This document shows positions 37,163-48,231 of a DNA stretch of 64,000 nt, piece by piece (within the stretch, counting starts at the first letter, position 1; every line of letters begins with the position of its first letter). This DNA is from Candidatus Binatia bacterium (GTDB lineage Bacteria > Desulfobacterota > Binatia > UBA9968). The notes under the pieces are model-generated. The model searched no databases. It saw nothing but the letters and a program-made list of their open reading frames with translations, and had not been told where the DNA came from. Made by a program: the position numbers and the translations under genes. Where the stretch lies: contig JBGPIK010000001.1 in assembly GCA_041484845.1 (NCBI GenBank), forward strand, positions 529-64,528, read 5' to 3'.

Positions 37163-38620
37163 TTAGAGCCTAGGCTTTTGCGTATGCCACTCCGTTGCTT
37201 GTTCATAGGCATAGGCAATGCGGAGAACGGTCGTTTCGTCGAAATGCTTGCCGATGATCTGCATGCCGATCGGGAGCGCCTCGGAGTCGAAGCCGCAGGG
37301 CAGCGACAATGCCGGCAACCCCGCAAGATTGATCGACAGCGTATAAATGTCCGATAGGTACATCTGTAACGGATCATCGGTTTTTTCACCGATTCTAAAG
37401 GCCGTACTTGGAGCCGTAGGAGTTACAATGACATCGCAATGCTCAAACGCATTATCGAAGTCTCTCTTGATCAGCGTGCGCACTTTTTGAGCCTTCAAAT
37501 AGTACGCATCATAGTAACCCGCCGAGAGTGCGTAGGTTCCGAGCATGATCCTGCGCTTAACTTCCGCGCCGAAGCCTTCTTGCCGGCTCATCATATAAGT
37601 TTCTAGGAGATCGTTCGCTCGCGCGCGATGTCCGAAACGTATGCCATCGTAGCGCGCCAGGTTGGAACTCGCCTCGGCAGTCGCCACAACATAATATACC
37701 GCGACTGCATATTGCGTGTGCGGAAGGGAAATCTCCTCTATCCTGGCGCCGTTTTTTTCCAACAGACAAATGGCCGCGCGGACCGCATGTTCTACCTCGG
37801 GCTGCATTCCGGCAACGAAGTACTCCTTTGGGATGCCCACGCGGAGGCCTTCGATTTCGCCCGTTAGCCGGGCCGAATAGTGTGGAACGGGTAGGTTGAC
37901 CGAAGTAGAATCCGCCGGGTCGTAACCGGCGATGGCTTCGAGCATCAGCGCGCAATCCGGTACGTTCTTGGTCAGGGGACCCACCTGATCCATCGATGAG
38001 GCAAAGGCAATGATGCCGTAACGGCTGACGCGCCCGTAGGTGGGCTTGAGCCCGACAATTCCACAATAAGCCGCAGGTTGGCGAATGGATCCGCCGGTGT
38101 CCGTTCCCAGCGCGACGATGCATTGATCGGCGGCCACGGCAGCGGCTGAACCCCCGGAGGACCCGCCCGGCACGCGCTCGAGGCTCCAGGGATTTCGTGT
38201 GGGGAAAAAGGCCGAGTTCTCGGTTGATGAGCCCATGGCAAATTCATCAAGATTCGTCTTGCCGGTAAAAACCGAGCCGGCGGAGCGAAGCTTCGCGACT
38301 ACGGTCCCGTCGTAAGGCGAAATGAAGTTGTCGAGGATCTTTGAGGCGCATGTCGTGCGCACGCCGTGAGTCAAAAAATTATCCTTAATCGCAATCGGTA
38401 TTCCGAGCAAAGGATCTTTGCTTGTGCCGTCGCTAAACCGTTCGTCGGCCCGCTTGGCCTGCTCCCGTGCGCTGTCGCGGCACAGCGTAATATACGCGTG
38501 AACCCGATCGTCAGTCTCCGTGATGCGTCGTAAAATCGCTTCGGTGAGATCCGTCGATGAGATTTCACGTTTGCGCAATTTCTCATGCGCTTCTAAAAGG
38601 GTGAGCGCGGCGATATTCAT
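37163..38620 (-). CDS. gatA: Glutamyl-tRNA(Gln) amidotransferase subunit A
   Basis: Amidase signature [13 protein letters not shown]; full length. Confidence 0.97.
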   Translation of the reverse strand: MNIAALTLLEAHEKLRKREISSTDLTEAILRRITETDDRVHAYITLCRDSAREQAKRADERFSDGTSKDPLLGIPIAIKDNFLTHGVRTTCASKILDNFISPYDGTVVAKLRSAGSVFTGKTNLDEFAMGSSTENSAFFPTRNPWSLERVPGGSSGGSAAAVAADQCIVALGTDTGGSIRQPAAYCGIVGLKPTYGRVSRYGIIAFASSMDQVGPLTKNVPDCALMLEAIAGYDPADSTSVNLPVPHYSARLTGEIEGLRVGIPKEYFVAGMQPEVEHAVRAAICLLEKNGARIEEISLPHTQYAVAVYYVVATAEASSNLARYDGIRFGHRARANDLLETYMMSRQEGFGAEVKRRIMLGTYALSAGYYDAYYLKAQKVRTLIKRDFDNAFEHCDVIVTPTAPSTAFRIGEKTDDPLQMYLSDIYTLSINLAGLPALSLPCGFDSEALPIGMQIIGKHFDETTVLRIAYAYEQATEWHTQKPRL

Positions 38621-38904
38621 TCAAGGATTTTTGGAACCTTAAAGAAGGATTGATCTTTTTCCGGCGCGTTAGCCAGCAAATCTGCGGCACGGGCGTGGTT
38701 GGTGACGTCATCGTCACGGAAGGCATTTACGATCTCGACGGCGTGCGCGAACGGCTCGATTTGGGAGGCGTCCAACTGATCGAGCTTGTCGACATACTGT
38801 AAAATCTTATCCAGTTGGCCGGTAAGCCGCTCTTCTTCTTCCGGCGTCAATTGCAGTCGGGCGAGCATGGCGACGCTTCGAACTTCTTCCGGGGTTATTT
38901 TCAC
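38617..38904 (-). CDS. gatC: Amidotransferase subunit C
   Basis: 95 aa with [18 protein letters not shown]; overlaps gatA by 4 nt. Confidence 0.92.
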   Translation of the reverse strand: MKITPEEVRSVAMLARLQLTPEEEERLTGQLDKILQYVDKLDQLDASQIEPFAHAVEIVNAFRDDDVTNHARAADLLANAPEKDQSFFKVPKILE

Positions 38905-39077
38905 TGGTGTTTTCTAACACAAGGACAGGGCCTTTTCCAATCGGATTCGCGTCTGAATGATGAAACGAGCCGTACGATTGAGGGTTTGAGGTAGTCGGCG
39001 CAGCCAGAAGAGGCAGCCTAAAATCACCCGCGGACTTATTTGCAGTTATTTCTTCTTTTGGCTAATAAAGGAAGTCA

Positions 39078-39806
39078 ATGAATGCCGGCCAATTTTCACT
39101 GTCTGAGGAATTTATCCAGCCCATTTTACCCGGGGCCATCGAAGAACAAACCTATTCACGCGGCTACAAGCGCATAGCCGGTTTAGACGAAGTCGGCAGG
39201 GGGCCTCTCGCAGGACCGGTAGTGGCCGCGGCGGTGGTCTTCCCCCGAGGTTTTTCTCATCCAGACATCAAGGATTCGAAATTGTTGAGCGCAAGGCAGC
39301 GCGAAAAGTTGGTGCCTATCATCAGGCGGAACGTAATGGGGTGGGGAATCGGTATCGTCGAGGTTGAGGAAATCGATCGCATTAATATCCTTAACGCGAG
39401 TTTGCAGGCCATGGTGCAGGCGCTGGCCGCGCTGCGCCCGCTGCCTGATTGTTTGCTCATTGACGGCAATCAAATAATTCCCGGGGAATTGTTTGACGGC
39501 AAGAAGGTGTTCAAAGTTCGCCCGCACCAGAGGACAATAATCAAGGGAGATCAATTGTGTTTTTCCATCGCCGCCGCGTCCATTCTCGCCAAGGTGACCC
39601 GCGATGCGTTGATGGTTAAACTCGACAAGAGATATCCGGAATATGGCTTTGCCCACCATAAGGGATATGGTAGTGTCGCGCATTTGGAGGCCTTGCGACG
39701 CTACGGGCCGTCCCCGGTCCATCGGCGGAGCTTCAAGCCCGTGCGCGATCTTTGTAGCACCCCGGATGCGACCTTAACTCTTTTCTCTCCGGCACAGGAT
39801 GATTAA
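39078..39806 (+). CDS. rnhB: Ribonuclease HII
   Basis: AGLDEVGRGPLAGPVVAAAV and DSKLL motifs. Confidence 0.93.
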   Translation: MNAGQFSLSEEFIQPILPGAIEEQTYSRGYKRIAGLDEVGRGPLAGPVVAAAVVFPRGFSHPDIKDSKLLSARQREKLVPIIRRNVMGWGIGIVEVEEIDRINILNASLQAMVQALAALRPLPDCLLIDGNQIIPGELFDGKKVFKVRPHQRTIIKGDQLCFSIAAASILAKVTRDALMVKLDKRYPEYGFAHHKGYGSVAHLEALRRYGPSPVHRRSFKPVRDLCSTPDATLTLFSPAQDD

Positions 39807-40164
39807 CCTTCGGCAAGTTTTGGGAAAGCAGGGCGAAGAAGTTGCCGAACGCTATCTCATGAAAAAGGGATATAAATTGGTTCAGCGCAATTACCGATGT
39901 GCGGCGGGAGAAGTAGATCTGATCGTATTGGACCGTCGCGTGATTGTTTTTGTTGAAGTGAAAACTCGCTCTGGTGACCGCTTCGGCAGCCCTCTTGAGG
40001 CGGTCGAGTGGCGTAAGCAACGTAAGATGGTGCGCGCGGCGCAATTTTTTCTCAGCCAAAAACGGCTTCATCAACGGGATGCTCGTTTCGACGTTGTCGG
40101 GATTTCGTGGTCGGGGGGGAAGCCGATCGTCGAGCACATCGAAAATGCGTTCGAAGTGTTGTAG
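39799..40164 (+). CDS. yraN: YraN-family (UPF0102) endonuclease
   Basis: GEEVAERYL..GYKLVQRNYRC..GEVDLIVLD..VVFVEVK. Confidence 0.9.
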   Translation: MINLRQVLGKQGEEVAERYLMKKGYKLVQRNYRCAAGEVDLIVLDRRVIVFVEVKTRSGDRFGSPLEAVEWRKQRKMVRAAQFFLSQKRLHQRDARFDVVGISWSGGKPIVEHIENAFEVL

Positions 40165-41445
<1,281 letters not shown>

Positions 41446-41646
41446 TCGAGTCAATCGTCGGTGTGGATCATCCGCAATCCGGTGGTGAGTGACGCATCCC
41501 GCCCCGAGTACGGCATTTCTGCTGTTGTGATCTCTCGGTCGGTGGTGAGAGTTCATGTCTTGTATCCCGGCGTCTGAATTTATATCCTCAAATCGGGCAG
41601 CGCTTTGCCGCGGCATGGACTGCAATCGATTCTAGCGCGTTGTTGT

Positions 41647-41685
41647 GGAGGGGTGGGTGAGTGGTTGAAACCACCGGTCTTGAAA
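41647..41685 (+). repeat. attL: orphan copy of nucleotides 1-39 of tRNA-Ser(UGA), from acceptor 5' strand through the anticodon loop
   Basis: GGAGGGGTGGGTGAGTGGTTGAAACCACCGGTCTTGAAA is identical to 50294-50332. No T-arm or 3' acceptor strand follows. Confidence 0.9.
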
Positions 41686-41721
41686 TACCGTACCGGGGGA
41701 AAATCAATTTCTGAAAAAGGA

Positions 41722-41753
41722 CGGGGAGTTAGGGATAACTTCCCGTTTTTTTT
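41722..41753 (+). terminator. Rho-independent terminator just inside attL
   Basis: CGGGGAGTT-agggat-AACTTCCCG followed by T8. Confidence 0.7.
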
Positions 41754-41826
41754 ATTCTTTCTCGTTACCATCCTATTTTCCACATTCAATCACATTGTCC
41801 ACAAAAACACCCATTTTTGACGAAAA

Positions 41827-41854
41827 TTGTTCCCAGGGTGTTCCCAAGGATTCC
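41827..41854 (+). promoter_or_regulatory. Candidate integrase arm-type sites (tandem GTTCCCA), attL side
   Basis: TTGTTCCCAgggTGTTCCCAAGGATTCC matches 50222-50249 at 26 of 28 positions. Confidence 0.45.
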
Positions 41855-41872
41855 CCGGGGAAGGTGTTGGCT

Positions 41873-42493
41873 TCAGGAGGGGCCGCTAGGTTTCCACACA
41901 CCTTTAACACGATTCTGTTTTCTCTCCGGCTTCGTATTATGATGGTCCCATCGACACTGATCGCTACAAAATTTCTTCCTTTTGGTTCTGTAGACGCTAA
42001 GACTTTCGCAATGTGCACAGAAACCGATCCGTTCGATTTCACCACTAAGCAAACATTTCAACAGCGCATCATACATGACCTCGCTGAGTGTCAACTTCAA
42101 CGGCGTTCCGACAGCTAATACGAGCGAATTCTTTCCTAGAGTTAGTTTCTTCGTGAGATCGACGATCCGATAATGATCCAGGTCAGCGGTAGATGAGGCC
42201 AGGTTGACTTGAATGGGGCCGCGGTTAAACCGGTTCAGTGTTCGTTCCACATATTCGAGATCTTTGCACTTAAGAATGCCATCTAGGCAGCGCTTCAAAT
42301 TCCGTTTTAGTTCGCGTTCCGATCTGCGCGACGGATATTTAACTGCGGCCCTCGTGCCAGGTCGTTCAAGATTCATTTGCCTGACGACCTGCCCAAGCGT
42401 CGCCATAATATTACGCGTCTCATTACCATTCATGAAATTGCAAATAAATTGCCCCGCCGCTTGGTAACCGATTCCGCCAGATACACGGTTCAT
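41873..42493 (-). CDS. Unknown protein with a C-terminal CxxC...FCSxxC zinc ribbon, divergent from the HTH gene (candidate element regulator)
   Basis: ATG at 42493 with AGGAGG RBS (the ORF-track start at 42739 is probably too long). C-terminus CAHCESL..KKFCSDQCRWDHH. Confidence 0.6.
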   Translation of the reverse strand: MNRVSGGIGYQAAGQFICNFMNGNETRNIMATLGQVVRQMNLERPGTRAAVKYPSRRSERELKRNLKRCLDGILKCKDLEYVERTLNRFNRGPIQVNLASSTADLDHYRIVDLTKKLTLGKNSLVLAVGTPLKLTLSEVMYDALLKCLLSGEIERIGFCAHCESLSVYRTKRKKFCSDQCRWDHHNTKPERKQNRVKGVWKPSGPS

Positions 42494-42614
42494 AGTCAGC
42501 TCCCTCCTTTTTCGTGTACACGAATTATTTTGACAATACGCGTACCTTACTCTAAATTCAGTGTCAAGGCACATGGTGAGAAGAACAAGGAAACATTTAC
42601 CGGAGGTGAAAACG

Positions 42615-42830
42615 ATGGATCTCTTAACGACAGGCGAGGCCGCAAGGCTCTTGGATCTCTCGCCAGACTCAGTCAGACGGTTTGAGCGGGAGGGCTTATT
42701 GTCGGCGATCCGAGTAGGAAAGGGGCAGCGCCTATTCACTAAGTCCGAGATTGAGCGTCTTTCAGACCAAAGAAAAATCGATCATAGGACGGAAGCAGAG
42801 CGAGCAACGAGTGAGCGACCGAGGAAATGA
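42615..42830 (+). CDS. MerR/excisionase-type HTH protein
   Basis: MDLLTTGEAARLLDLSPDSVRRFEREGLL; RBS GGAGGTG. Confidence 0.7.
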   Translation: MDLLTTGEAARLLDLSPDSVRRFEREGLLSAIRVGKGQRLFTKSEIERLSDQRKIDHRTEAERATSERPRK

Positions 42831-43453
42831 TTGAGGCGCGGATGCAAGGTAAGCCCGACATTCGCGAAGTTATCAGCGAGCGCGTCGAGCTTCGCAAAGC
42901 TGGCAAGGAAAATCTCGGGCTTTGCCCGTTTCATGCCGACAAAACCCCATCGTTTAGTGTGAATGCAGACAAGGGTGTGTTTCATTGCTTTGGTTGCGGC
43001 GCCAGCGGCGACGTTTTCGATTTCATAATGCGCCTGGACGGTTTGACCTTTCCCGAGGCACGCAAGTCTCTCGGTATCGACACCATGGGCAAGCGTCCGG
43101 AGCCGAGGGTATCGCCAAATCGCAAGGCGGCATCGTTGCTCGCCGGCTGGCTCAATCAACAATACCTTTTGCTAGGCTCCCGTCTACGCGAGCTATCGCG
43201 TCAAATCGGCATAGCCGATCCCGAGCTTAAAGAGATCCTTGAGCGTGAGTGGGAAATTCTGTCTGACCTTCACGAGGATTTGCAGCAACCGGAATACGCG
43301 GAGGAACTTTTCCGGGCTAAAGACTCAATCGAGCGAATCACGGAATTTGCTCCAGCGGAACCGTTGCTGGAATTTCCCGAGTTCACGCCGGAATATCGGG
43401 CTTTCCTGCGGGCACACCTACCGACTAAGGAAAAAAATGAGGCCTCATGTTAA
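42827..43453 (+). CDS. CHC2 (DnaG-type) zinc-finger protein, primase-related
   Basis: CPFHADKTPSFSVNADKGVFHCFGCGASGDVFDFIM. No TOPRIM domain recognisable. Confidence 0.75.
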   Translation: MIEARMQGKPDIREVISERVELRKAGKENLGLCPFHADKTPSFSVNADKGVFHCFGCGASGDVFDFIMRLDGLTFPEARKSLGIDTMGKRPEPRVSPNRKAASLLAGWLNQQYLLLGSRLRELSRQIGIADPELKEILEREWEILSDLHEDLQQPEYAEELFRAKDSIERITEFAPAEPLLEFPEFTPEYRAFLRAHLPTKEKNEASC

Positions 43454-44637
43454 CCGCCCACGAGGTTGAACAGCATTTTGAGCGGATCAGCGGAGATCAT
43501 ACGAGCGGCGTTGAGCCTGCCGGCATAAAGGCAGGTTCTCCGATCACCGTAAGGATCAGCGACGTTCAGCGCGAAGAGGTGAGATGGCTTTGGAACAAAA
43601 GAATCCCACGCGGCAAGTTGACCTTGATCGAAGGCGATCCGGGGGTCGGTAAAAGTCAACTAACATTGGCAATATCCGCACCAATCACCAAGGGGTTACC
43701 CATCTTCGGCGACGACGGCGAACGTGAGCCAGAAAACATACTCATCATGACCGCCGAGGACGGCTTTGGCGATACTGTCAGGCCGCGCCTTGAGTCGATG
43801 GAAGCCGATCTTTCGCGGGTCGTCGCATTGACGGCGATGATTGGCGAGGATTTGAAAGAACGGGCCGTCACGCTGAGCGACCTGGCAACTATTGAGACTG
43901 CGATAATCGAGCACAAGCCGGGACTTGTCATCGTGGATCCCATCGTCGCATTTACGGGTCAAGCGGATACCTACCGGTCGAACGAAGTTCGAGGACTTTT
44001 GGCACCGCTGGCAGCGCTGGCAGCGAGGCACGGTTGCGCGGTTGTGGCGGTACGGCACCTAACCAAGGCAACCGGCGGGAAGACAATTTACCGGGGCCAA
44101 GGTAGTATCGACTTCTTCGCGGCGGTTCGGTCTTGCCTATTGGTCGGCAAAAGCCCAGACAACCCCAAGGAGAAGATCATTGTCCACCAGAAATCGAACC
44201 TTGGACCTGAAACACCATCATTAAAGTTTTCGATTGAAGAAGGCCGTTTTGAGTGGATTGGTGAAACGACTATCACCGCCGACCAGGTTCTAAACACCCC
44301 AACCGATAGCGACGAGCGGAGCGAGATTGACGAAGCGGTCGAGTTTTTAAGGGACACCTTAAAAGATGGCGCCGTGTCATCAAAGGACGTTTTCCGGCAA
44401 GCGAAGGCGGCCGGGGTTAGCGAGCGGACCCTTTGGCGGGCAAAGAAACGGCTTGGGGTTAAGGCCGTGAAATCCGGCTTTGACGGTTCTTGGAAATGGT
44501 CTCTAGCCGCCGAAGTCTGCCAAGACCCCCCCAAGACTGCCACATCTCTATGTATAGAAAACGCGGCAGACTTCGATGAAGTTGGCAGACTTCGACAAAC
44601 CGAGGCCGCCGAGTGGACGGAGATCAAAACGTCATGA
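43447..44637 (+). CDS. RepA/AAA_25-like replicative ATPase with a C-terminal winged-helix-like region
   Basis: Walker A GDPGVGKSQLTL, Walker B LVIVDPI, and VVAVRHLTK. Confidence 0.7.
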   Translation: MLTAHEVEQHFERISGDHTSGVEPAGIKAGSPITVRISDVQREEVRWLWNKRIPRGKLTLIEGDPGVGKSQLTLAISAPITKGLPIFGDDGEREPENILIMTAEDGFGDTVRPRLESMEADLSRVVALTAMIGEDLKERAVTLSDLATIETAIIEHKPGLVIVDPIVAFTGQADTYRSNEVRGLLAPLAALAARHGCAVVAVRHLTKATGGKTIYRGQGSIDFFAAVRSCLLVGKSPDNPKEKIIVHQKSNLGPETPSLKFSIEEGRFEWIGETTITADQVLNTPTDSDERSEIDEAVEFLRDTLKDGAVSSKDVFRQAKAAGVSERTLWRAKKRLGVKAVKSGFDGSWKWSLAAEVCQDPPKTATSLCIENAADFDEVGRLRQTEAAEWTEIKTS

Positions 44638-45005
44638 GGGCGGAGATCGAGATCAAGAAAACCGGCGACGGTCGTTTACTTGCCCGCCGAATGGACGGCA
44701 GGCCGCTAACAAGCGAGGACGTAGAGGCGGCAAGGCTACTAGGCAAGGCGCCGGCTGCAACAAGCACGGAGATGGCGCCGGCAGACCCAACCGAGGGCGA
44801 GATCATCGCCGTCTTGATTTGCGCGCACCTCTTAGAGGCCGAAATATGGTTCGCGCTGGATGAAAGTTTCAAGCCCGACCCGGGCGATGGGCGCGCCGTG
44901 TTCTATGCCAGCGAGCTTCCATTCCTGCGCACCAAAAGCCCGGACACCTTGCGGGAGATCCACAAGGTAAAACTGACATTCGGTGGCGGGAGGGTGAGGC
45001 AGTGA
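44634..45005 (+). CDS. Hypothetical protein
   Basis: ATGA overlap with the upstream gene; no recognisable motif. Confidence 0.45.
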   Translation: MRAEIEIKKTGDGRLLARRMDGRPLTSEDVEAARLLGKAPAATSTEMAPADPTEGEIIAVLICAHLLEAEIWFALDESFKPDPGDGRAVFYASELPFLRTKSPDTLREIHKVKLTFGGGRVRQ

Positions 45006-45271
45006 AGCTGCTCTCAGTGAAAGAAACCGCCGAAGCGCTAGGCGTCTCGCGCCAGACTGCGATGCGCATGATTGCCGAGGGGTTGCCAGCAATCTGCCTG
45101 CGATCGGGACGGCGAAAAAAGGTGTGGCGAGTTCGGGAAGCAGCCTTAGAAGGCTGGCTACTTCAGCATGAAAAGCAGGCCGCGCGAGCGCACGTTGGTG
45201 GACGAAATGGAAAAGTCGAAACTTTGAAAGGAGAGAATGCAAATGGAGCAAATGAAATTTTTAAACAATGA
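45002..45271 (+). CDS. Excisionase-family HTH DNA-binding protein
   Basis: LLSVKETAEALGVSRQTAMRMIAEGLPAI; GTGA overlap with the upstream gene. Confidence 0.65.
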   Translation: MKLLSVKETAEALGVSRQTAMRMIAEGLPAICLRSGRRKKVWRVREAALEGWLLQHEKQAARAHVGGRNGKVETLKGENANGANEIFKQ

Positions 45272-45599
45272 GACACGAAGGCGGCGCCTTCAGATTCGCG
45301 AGCTTGATGCGCGAATCGACTGGCTGAACGATTATATCGAAAGGTTTGACCCGAAAAGGCACCTTGAATACCGCGTGGCGCATGCACAGTCCTGCGAGCT
45401 TGTCGCTGCATGGACGATCGAGCTTGCCGAGAAACGGCAGTTAAAGCTGGACCTCGCCGAAGGCCGTTCGGTGAGCCAAGCCGAGATTGACGCCAAAACT
45501 CCGATCGTCCCAATACTCAAACTAATACTCAAAAGGTTTGCCGCACCGAGCGGCAGGGGCGTGCGGGAAAACGCAATGCAGTTCGGAAAGCGTCGATAA
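45237..45599 (+). CDS. Hypothetical protein
   Basis: ORF in operon context only. Confidence 0.4.
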   Translation: MQMEQMKFLNNETRRRRLQIRELDARIDWLNDYIERFDPKRHLEYRVAHAQSCELVAAWTIELAEKRQLKLDLAEGRSVSQAEIDAKTPIVPILKLILKRFAAPSGRGVRENAMQFGKRR

Positions 45600-45630
45600 A
45601 AAGCGACCCAAAAAAAAGGAGAAGAACATC

Positions 45631-46206
45631 ATGAAAACATTCCAAAAACCACCGGCGATAATTGAACTTGAGGCCAAACGCTTGAAGGTGCAGTTCGAGC
45701 TTAACGACGTTGAGGCCGAGATCAACGCGCGATGCAGCCACTTGGTGGACGACACAAAGCCGCGGCTATCGAAAGTCCAAGCTGAGGCGCTTGGGGTCGT
45801 GGACGGTGTAGATGTGCACCACGCTGGCGACGATGAAACGCGCGAGGAATTAAGCACGCTCTATCACCGCCGCACAGTATTGCAGGAAGCTCTCAAAGAG
45901 ATCGACAAGCGAATCCAGCCGCTGAAGAGTGAGCACGACAAAGCAGCCTGCCTTCAGGTTCGCCCGGAATACATTAAGATCGGCGCCAGGCTGTTGGATG
46001 CCATAAAGGCATTATGCGCCGCGTCCACGCAAGAGAAAGAGTTTTATGAAGAGCTGCGTGACGGCGGAATCGATAGTGTCGCGTCGTACCTGCCGCGTCT
46101 CATGTTTCATGGGGATTGGAAATGGGACGACCCGAACGGCGGGGTGATCCACTACTGGAAAAGTTTTGTCACGGAAAATTATCCCGAACTCAAAGCGCAA
46201 GGATGA
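45631..46206 (+). CDS. Hypothetical protein
   Basis: ATG at 45631 with AAGGAGAAG RBS. The ORF-track start at 45538 is probably too long. Confidence 0.5.
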   Translation: MKTFQKPPAIIELEAKRLKVQFELNDVEAEINARCSHLVDDTKPRLSKVQAEALGVVDGVDVHHAGDDETREELSTLYHRRTVLQEALKEIDKRIQPLKSEHDKAACLQVRPEYIKIGARLLDAIKALCAASTQEKEFYEELRDGGIDSVASYLPRLMFHGDWKWDDPNGGVIHYWKSFVTENYPELKAQG

Positions 46207-46218
46207 TGAGTGAATAGC

Positions 46219-46386
46219 ATGTCCATCCTTCGCAAGATGATTCTATCCATCAGCGTGAACGATGCTGTCTTTGTCCTCGCGTCCGCGGCTTTGGGCTATG
46301 GGCTTTGGTGTATACACGAGGCAATGGCGTACATCGTGATGGGTTCGCTTTTCTTACTGCTTGCGACGTGGGGGAGGCTCAAATGA
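46219..46386 (+). CDS. Small (55-aa) two-TM membrane protein, not in the ORF track
   Basis: MSILRKMILSISVNDAVFVLASAALGYGLWCIHEAMAYIVMGSLFLLLATWGRLK. Confidence 0.35.
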   Translation: MSILRKMILSISVNDAVFVLASAALGYGLWCIHEAMAYIVMGSLFLLLATWGRLK

Positions 46387-46629
46387 CGGACGCACCCAAA
46401 AAAAAAGATCGCGAATCGCACCTTCGGGAAAAACGGCGGCGCAAACAAGACCGCCGTGAGCGACGACGAGAGCGAGCAGGCCGTGAAGGAGCACCACCCC
46501 CGGGGGGTGGCGGCCAAAAAGTCGACGGGGTTTTCCCTGTAGACCGTTTCCCCCAGGAAGCGTGCAACATCGCAAAAATCAACTTACCGGGGAAAATTCA
46601 ATTGAGATTCCGGGAAAAGGAGCGACGAA

Positions 46630-46950
46630 ATGAACCAAAAGGCTGGAACGGCGGACGCAAAACGTCCAGATCCACCGGAGCACTTAAGCAAACAAATGAA
46701 GGAGTTTTGGACTGGCGTGTTCGAGCGTAAAAACCTACAGCCGCATGAGGCGATCATCTTTTTGAAAGCGTGTGAGGCTCACGACAGAGGCGAGCAGGCG
46801 CGCCAGACTCTCGATAGGGAAGGTTGCACCTACGAGGATCGGTTCAAACAGCCGCATAGCCGGCCGGAAGTCGCCATTGAGCGAGACAGCCGGGCGGCAT
46901 TCGCTAAACTGCTCAGTCAAATTAACTTGCACACCCCCGTGGCTTGGTGA
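46630..46950 (+). CDS. Phage terminase small subunit, P27 family
   Basis: PPEHLSKQMKEFWTGVF..EAIIFLKACEAHDRGEQARQTL..GCTYEDRFKQPHSRPEVAIERDSRAAFAKLLSQINL follows the P27-family pattern; RBS AAAGGAG. Confidence 0.65.
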   Translation: MNQKAGTADAKRPDPPEHLSKQMKEFWTGVFERKNLQPHEAIIFLKACEAHDRGEQARQTLDREGCTYEDRFKQPHSRPEVAIERDSRAAFAKLLSQINLHTPVAW

Positions 46951-47081
46951 CTTCCGGTTATGCAACCTCAGCCCCCGTGGCCGAAGTGTCTCACCCACAC
47001 ACGCGCGGGCGACGGTACAACCGGACGAAGAGGGCGAACGATGGGAGCAGAGGAAACCAACACACCCAGGCAACGGACAAA

Positions 47082-47291
47082 ATGTCCACTGCCACCGCCG
47101 AGACCCTAGCGGCGCAGCACCACGTAACCGAGCGCACGATACGGCGCGACGGCAAGCGCAACCTGACACCGTTCAGGAGCGCCGCGAAGTTCTTGTGTGA
47201 GTTGGACAGTGGAACGGTTGCGGCCGCCAAAGGAGCATTGAGAGATGACATTGCCGTGGCGATAAGGACGCACAAGCCATGGAAGGAATGA
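47082..47291 (+). CDS. Possible small HTH protein
   Basis: MSTATAETLAAQHHVTERTIRRDGKR is HTH-like. Weak call. Confidence 0.3.
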   Translation: MSTATAETLAAQHHVTERTIRRDGKRNLTPFRSAAKFLCELDSGTVAAAKGALRDDIAVAIRTHKPWKE

Positions 47292-47355
47292 TTTGCCGAA
47301 GCTATTGGGGCAACCCTACCTAAACAACTCGTCTCAGCCGTGGCCGTGAAGGATA

Positions 47356-47940
47356 CTAGAATTTTGGGGCAGCCTGCCCCGTGCGTGAATAGTAGCGGTC
47401 TGACAGCTCCCTGTCGGTGAGGATTACTTCGATGCCACCTTTAAAATTCTTTTTCAAGTTCAAAAGGGTTTGATCATCAAACCACTTCGCTTCGGAATAG
47501 CCATTGGTTATCGGTGCCCCATACTTGTCGGCTGTGGTTTTAATCATTCGCTCCCAATAATTCACATTGGACTCTTTATAGGTGATATGGATTTGAACGA
47601 GGCGCTGATCCACGAAAAATATCTTGAGTTCACTAATATCCCCAGACGGCAATCCGATAAACCCTTGGCCACCAAACTTATCCGGCTGGGATGGAGTCCA
47701 GTTTTTCGAACTGCGAAAAGAAGAATCTGGTTCTTTCAGCGTCAGGCCAGCGGGCGACCGATCAATCTTAGCCTTGCTCTTGCCTGGTTCATCTGTAGAA
47801 TTCTGTTGATTTGTCGGTGACGGCTCTCGACCCGTGCCTTGGGCCTCAAAGTGGGTCACGCCCTTTTCGTCCGTCCATTGTTTGACTTGCGCAAGCGCAA
47901 GGGTCGGGATCAATAGAAATATCGCTATGAGGAGTTTCAT
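47356..47940 (-). CDS. Secreted protein with a DUF4124-like N-terminus
   Basis: Signal peptide MKLLIAIFLLIPTLALA followed by QVKQWTDEKGVTHFEAQG. Confidence 0.55.
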   Translation of the reverse strand: MKLLIAIFLLIPTLALAQVKQWTDEKGVTHFEAQGTGREPSPTNQQNSTDEPGKSKAKIDRSPAGLTLKEPDSSFRSSKNWTPSQPDKFGGQGFIGLPSGDISELKIFFVDQRLVQIHITYKESNVNYWERMIKTTADKYGAPITNGYSEAKWFDDQTLLNLKKNFKGGIEVILTDRELSDRYYSRTGQAAPKF

Positions 47941-48231
47941 GTCGGCATTACCCCACCGCGCCTCGATTTACATCTCTCCGGCGCGGGTTGTCAACCATGT
48001 GCGAAGTTTTCGGGCTTCGGGCTTGGGGCGCATCAAATCTTGAGAAGTCCCTCTTTTGCAGACCCGTCCGCATCATCAGGTTCAAAGCCGCGAAATTGGA
48101 AATGAGTTTTCCCGAGGCAGAAAATTCAAGAGTGGGCCACATTGACACGGCCAACCGTTTGGCGAGCTTAAAATGCAAACCGGCAATCGACTATCCTTGA
48201 TTTATTTGGTAGCGATTGTTACAAGGGGAGT

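Noticed and set aside
37557-38123. Long antisense or alternative-frame ORFs inside gatA. The same applies at 8946-9641, 13462-13893, 15126-15815, 19814-20113 and 52621-53160.
   Set aside because: These are shadow ORFs lying within well-supported genes or in GC-rich sequence. They have biased Arg/Ser/Pro composition and no motifs.
41647-41737. A second complete tRNA gene after serS
   Set aside because: Only nucleotides 1-39 match the tRNA. No variable arm, T-arm or complementary 3' acceptor strand follows, so it is an att repeat.
46383-46730. Highly basic 115-aa ORF (MTDAPKKKDRESHLREKRRRKQDRRERRRE..)
   Set aside because: It would overlap the well-supported terS start by about 100 nt, and the sequence is low-complexity. 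Only its first part might be real, so I did not call it.
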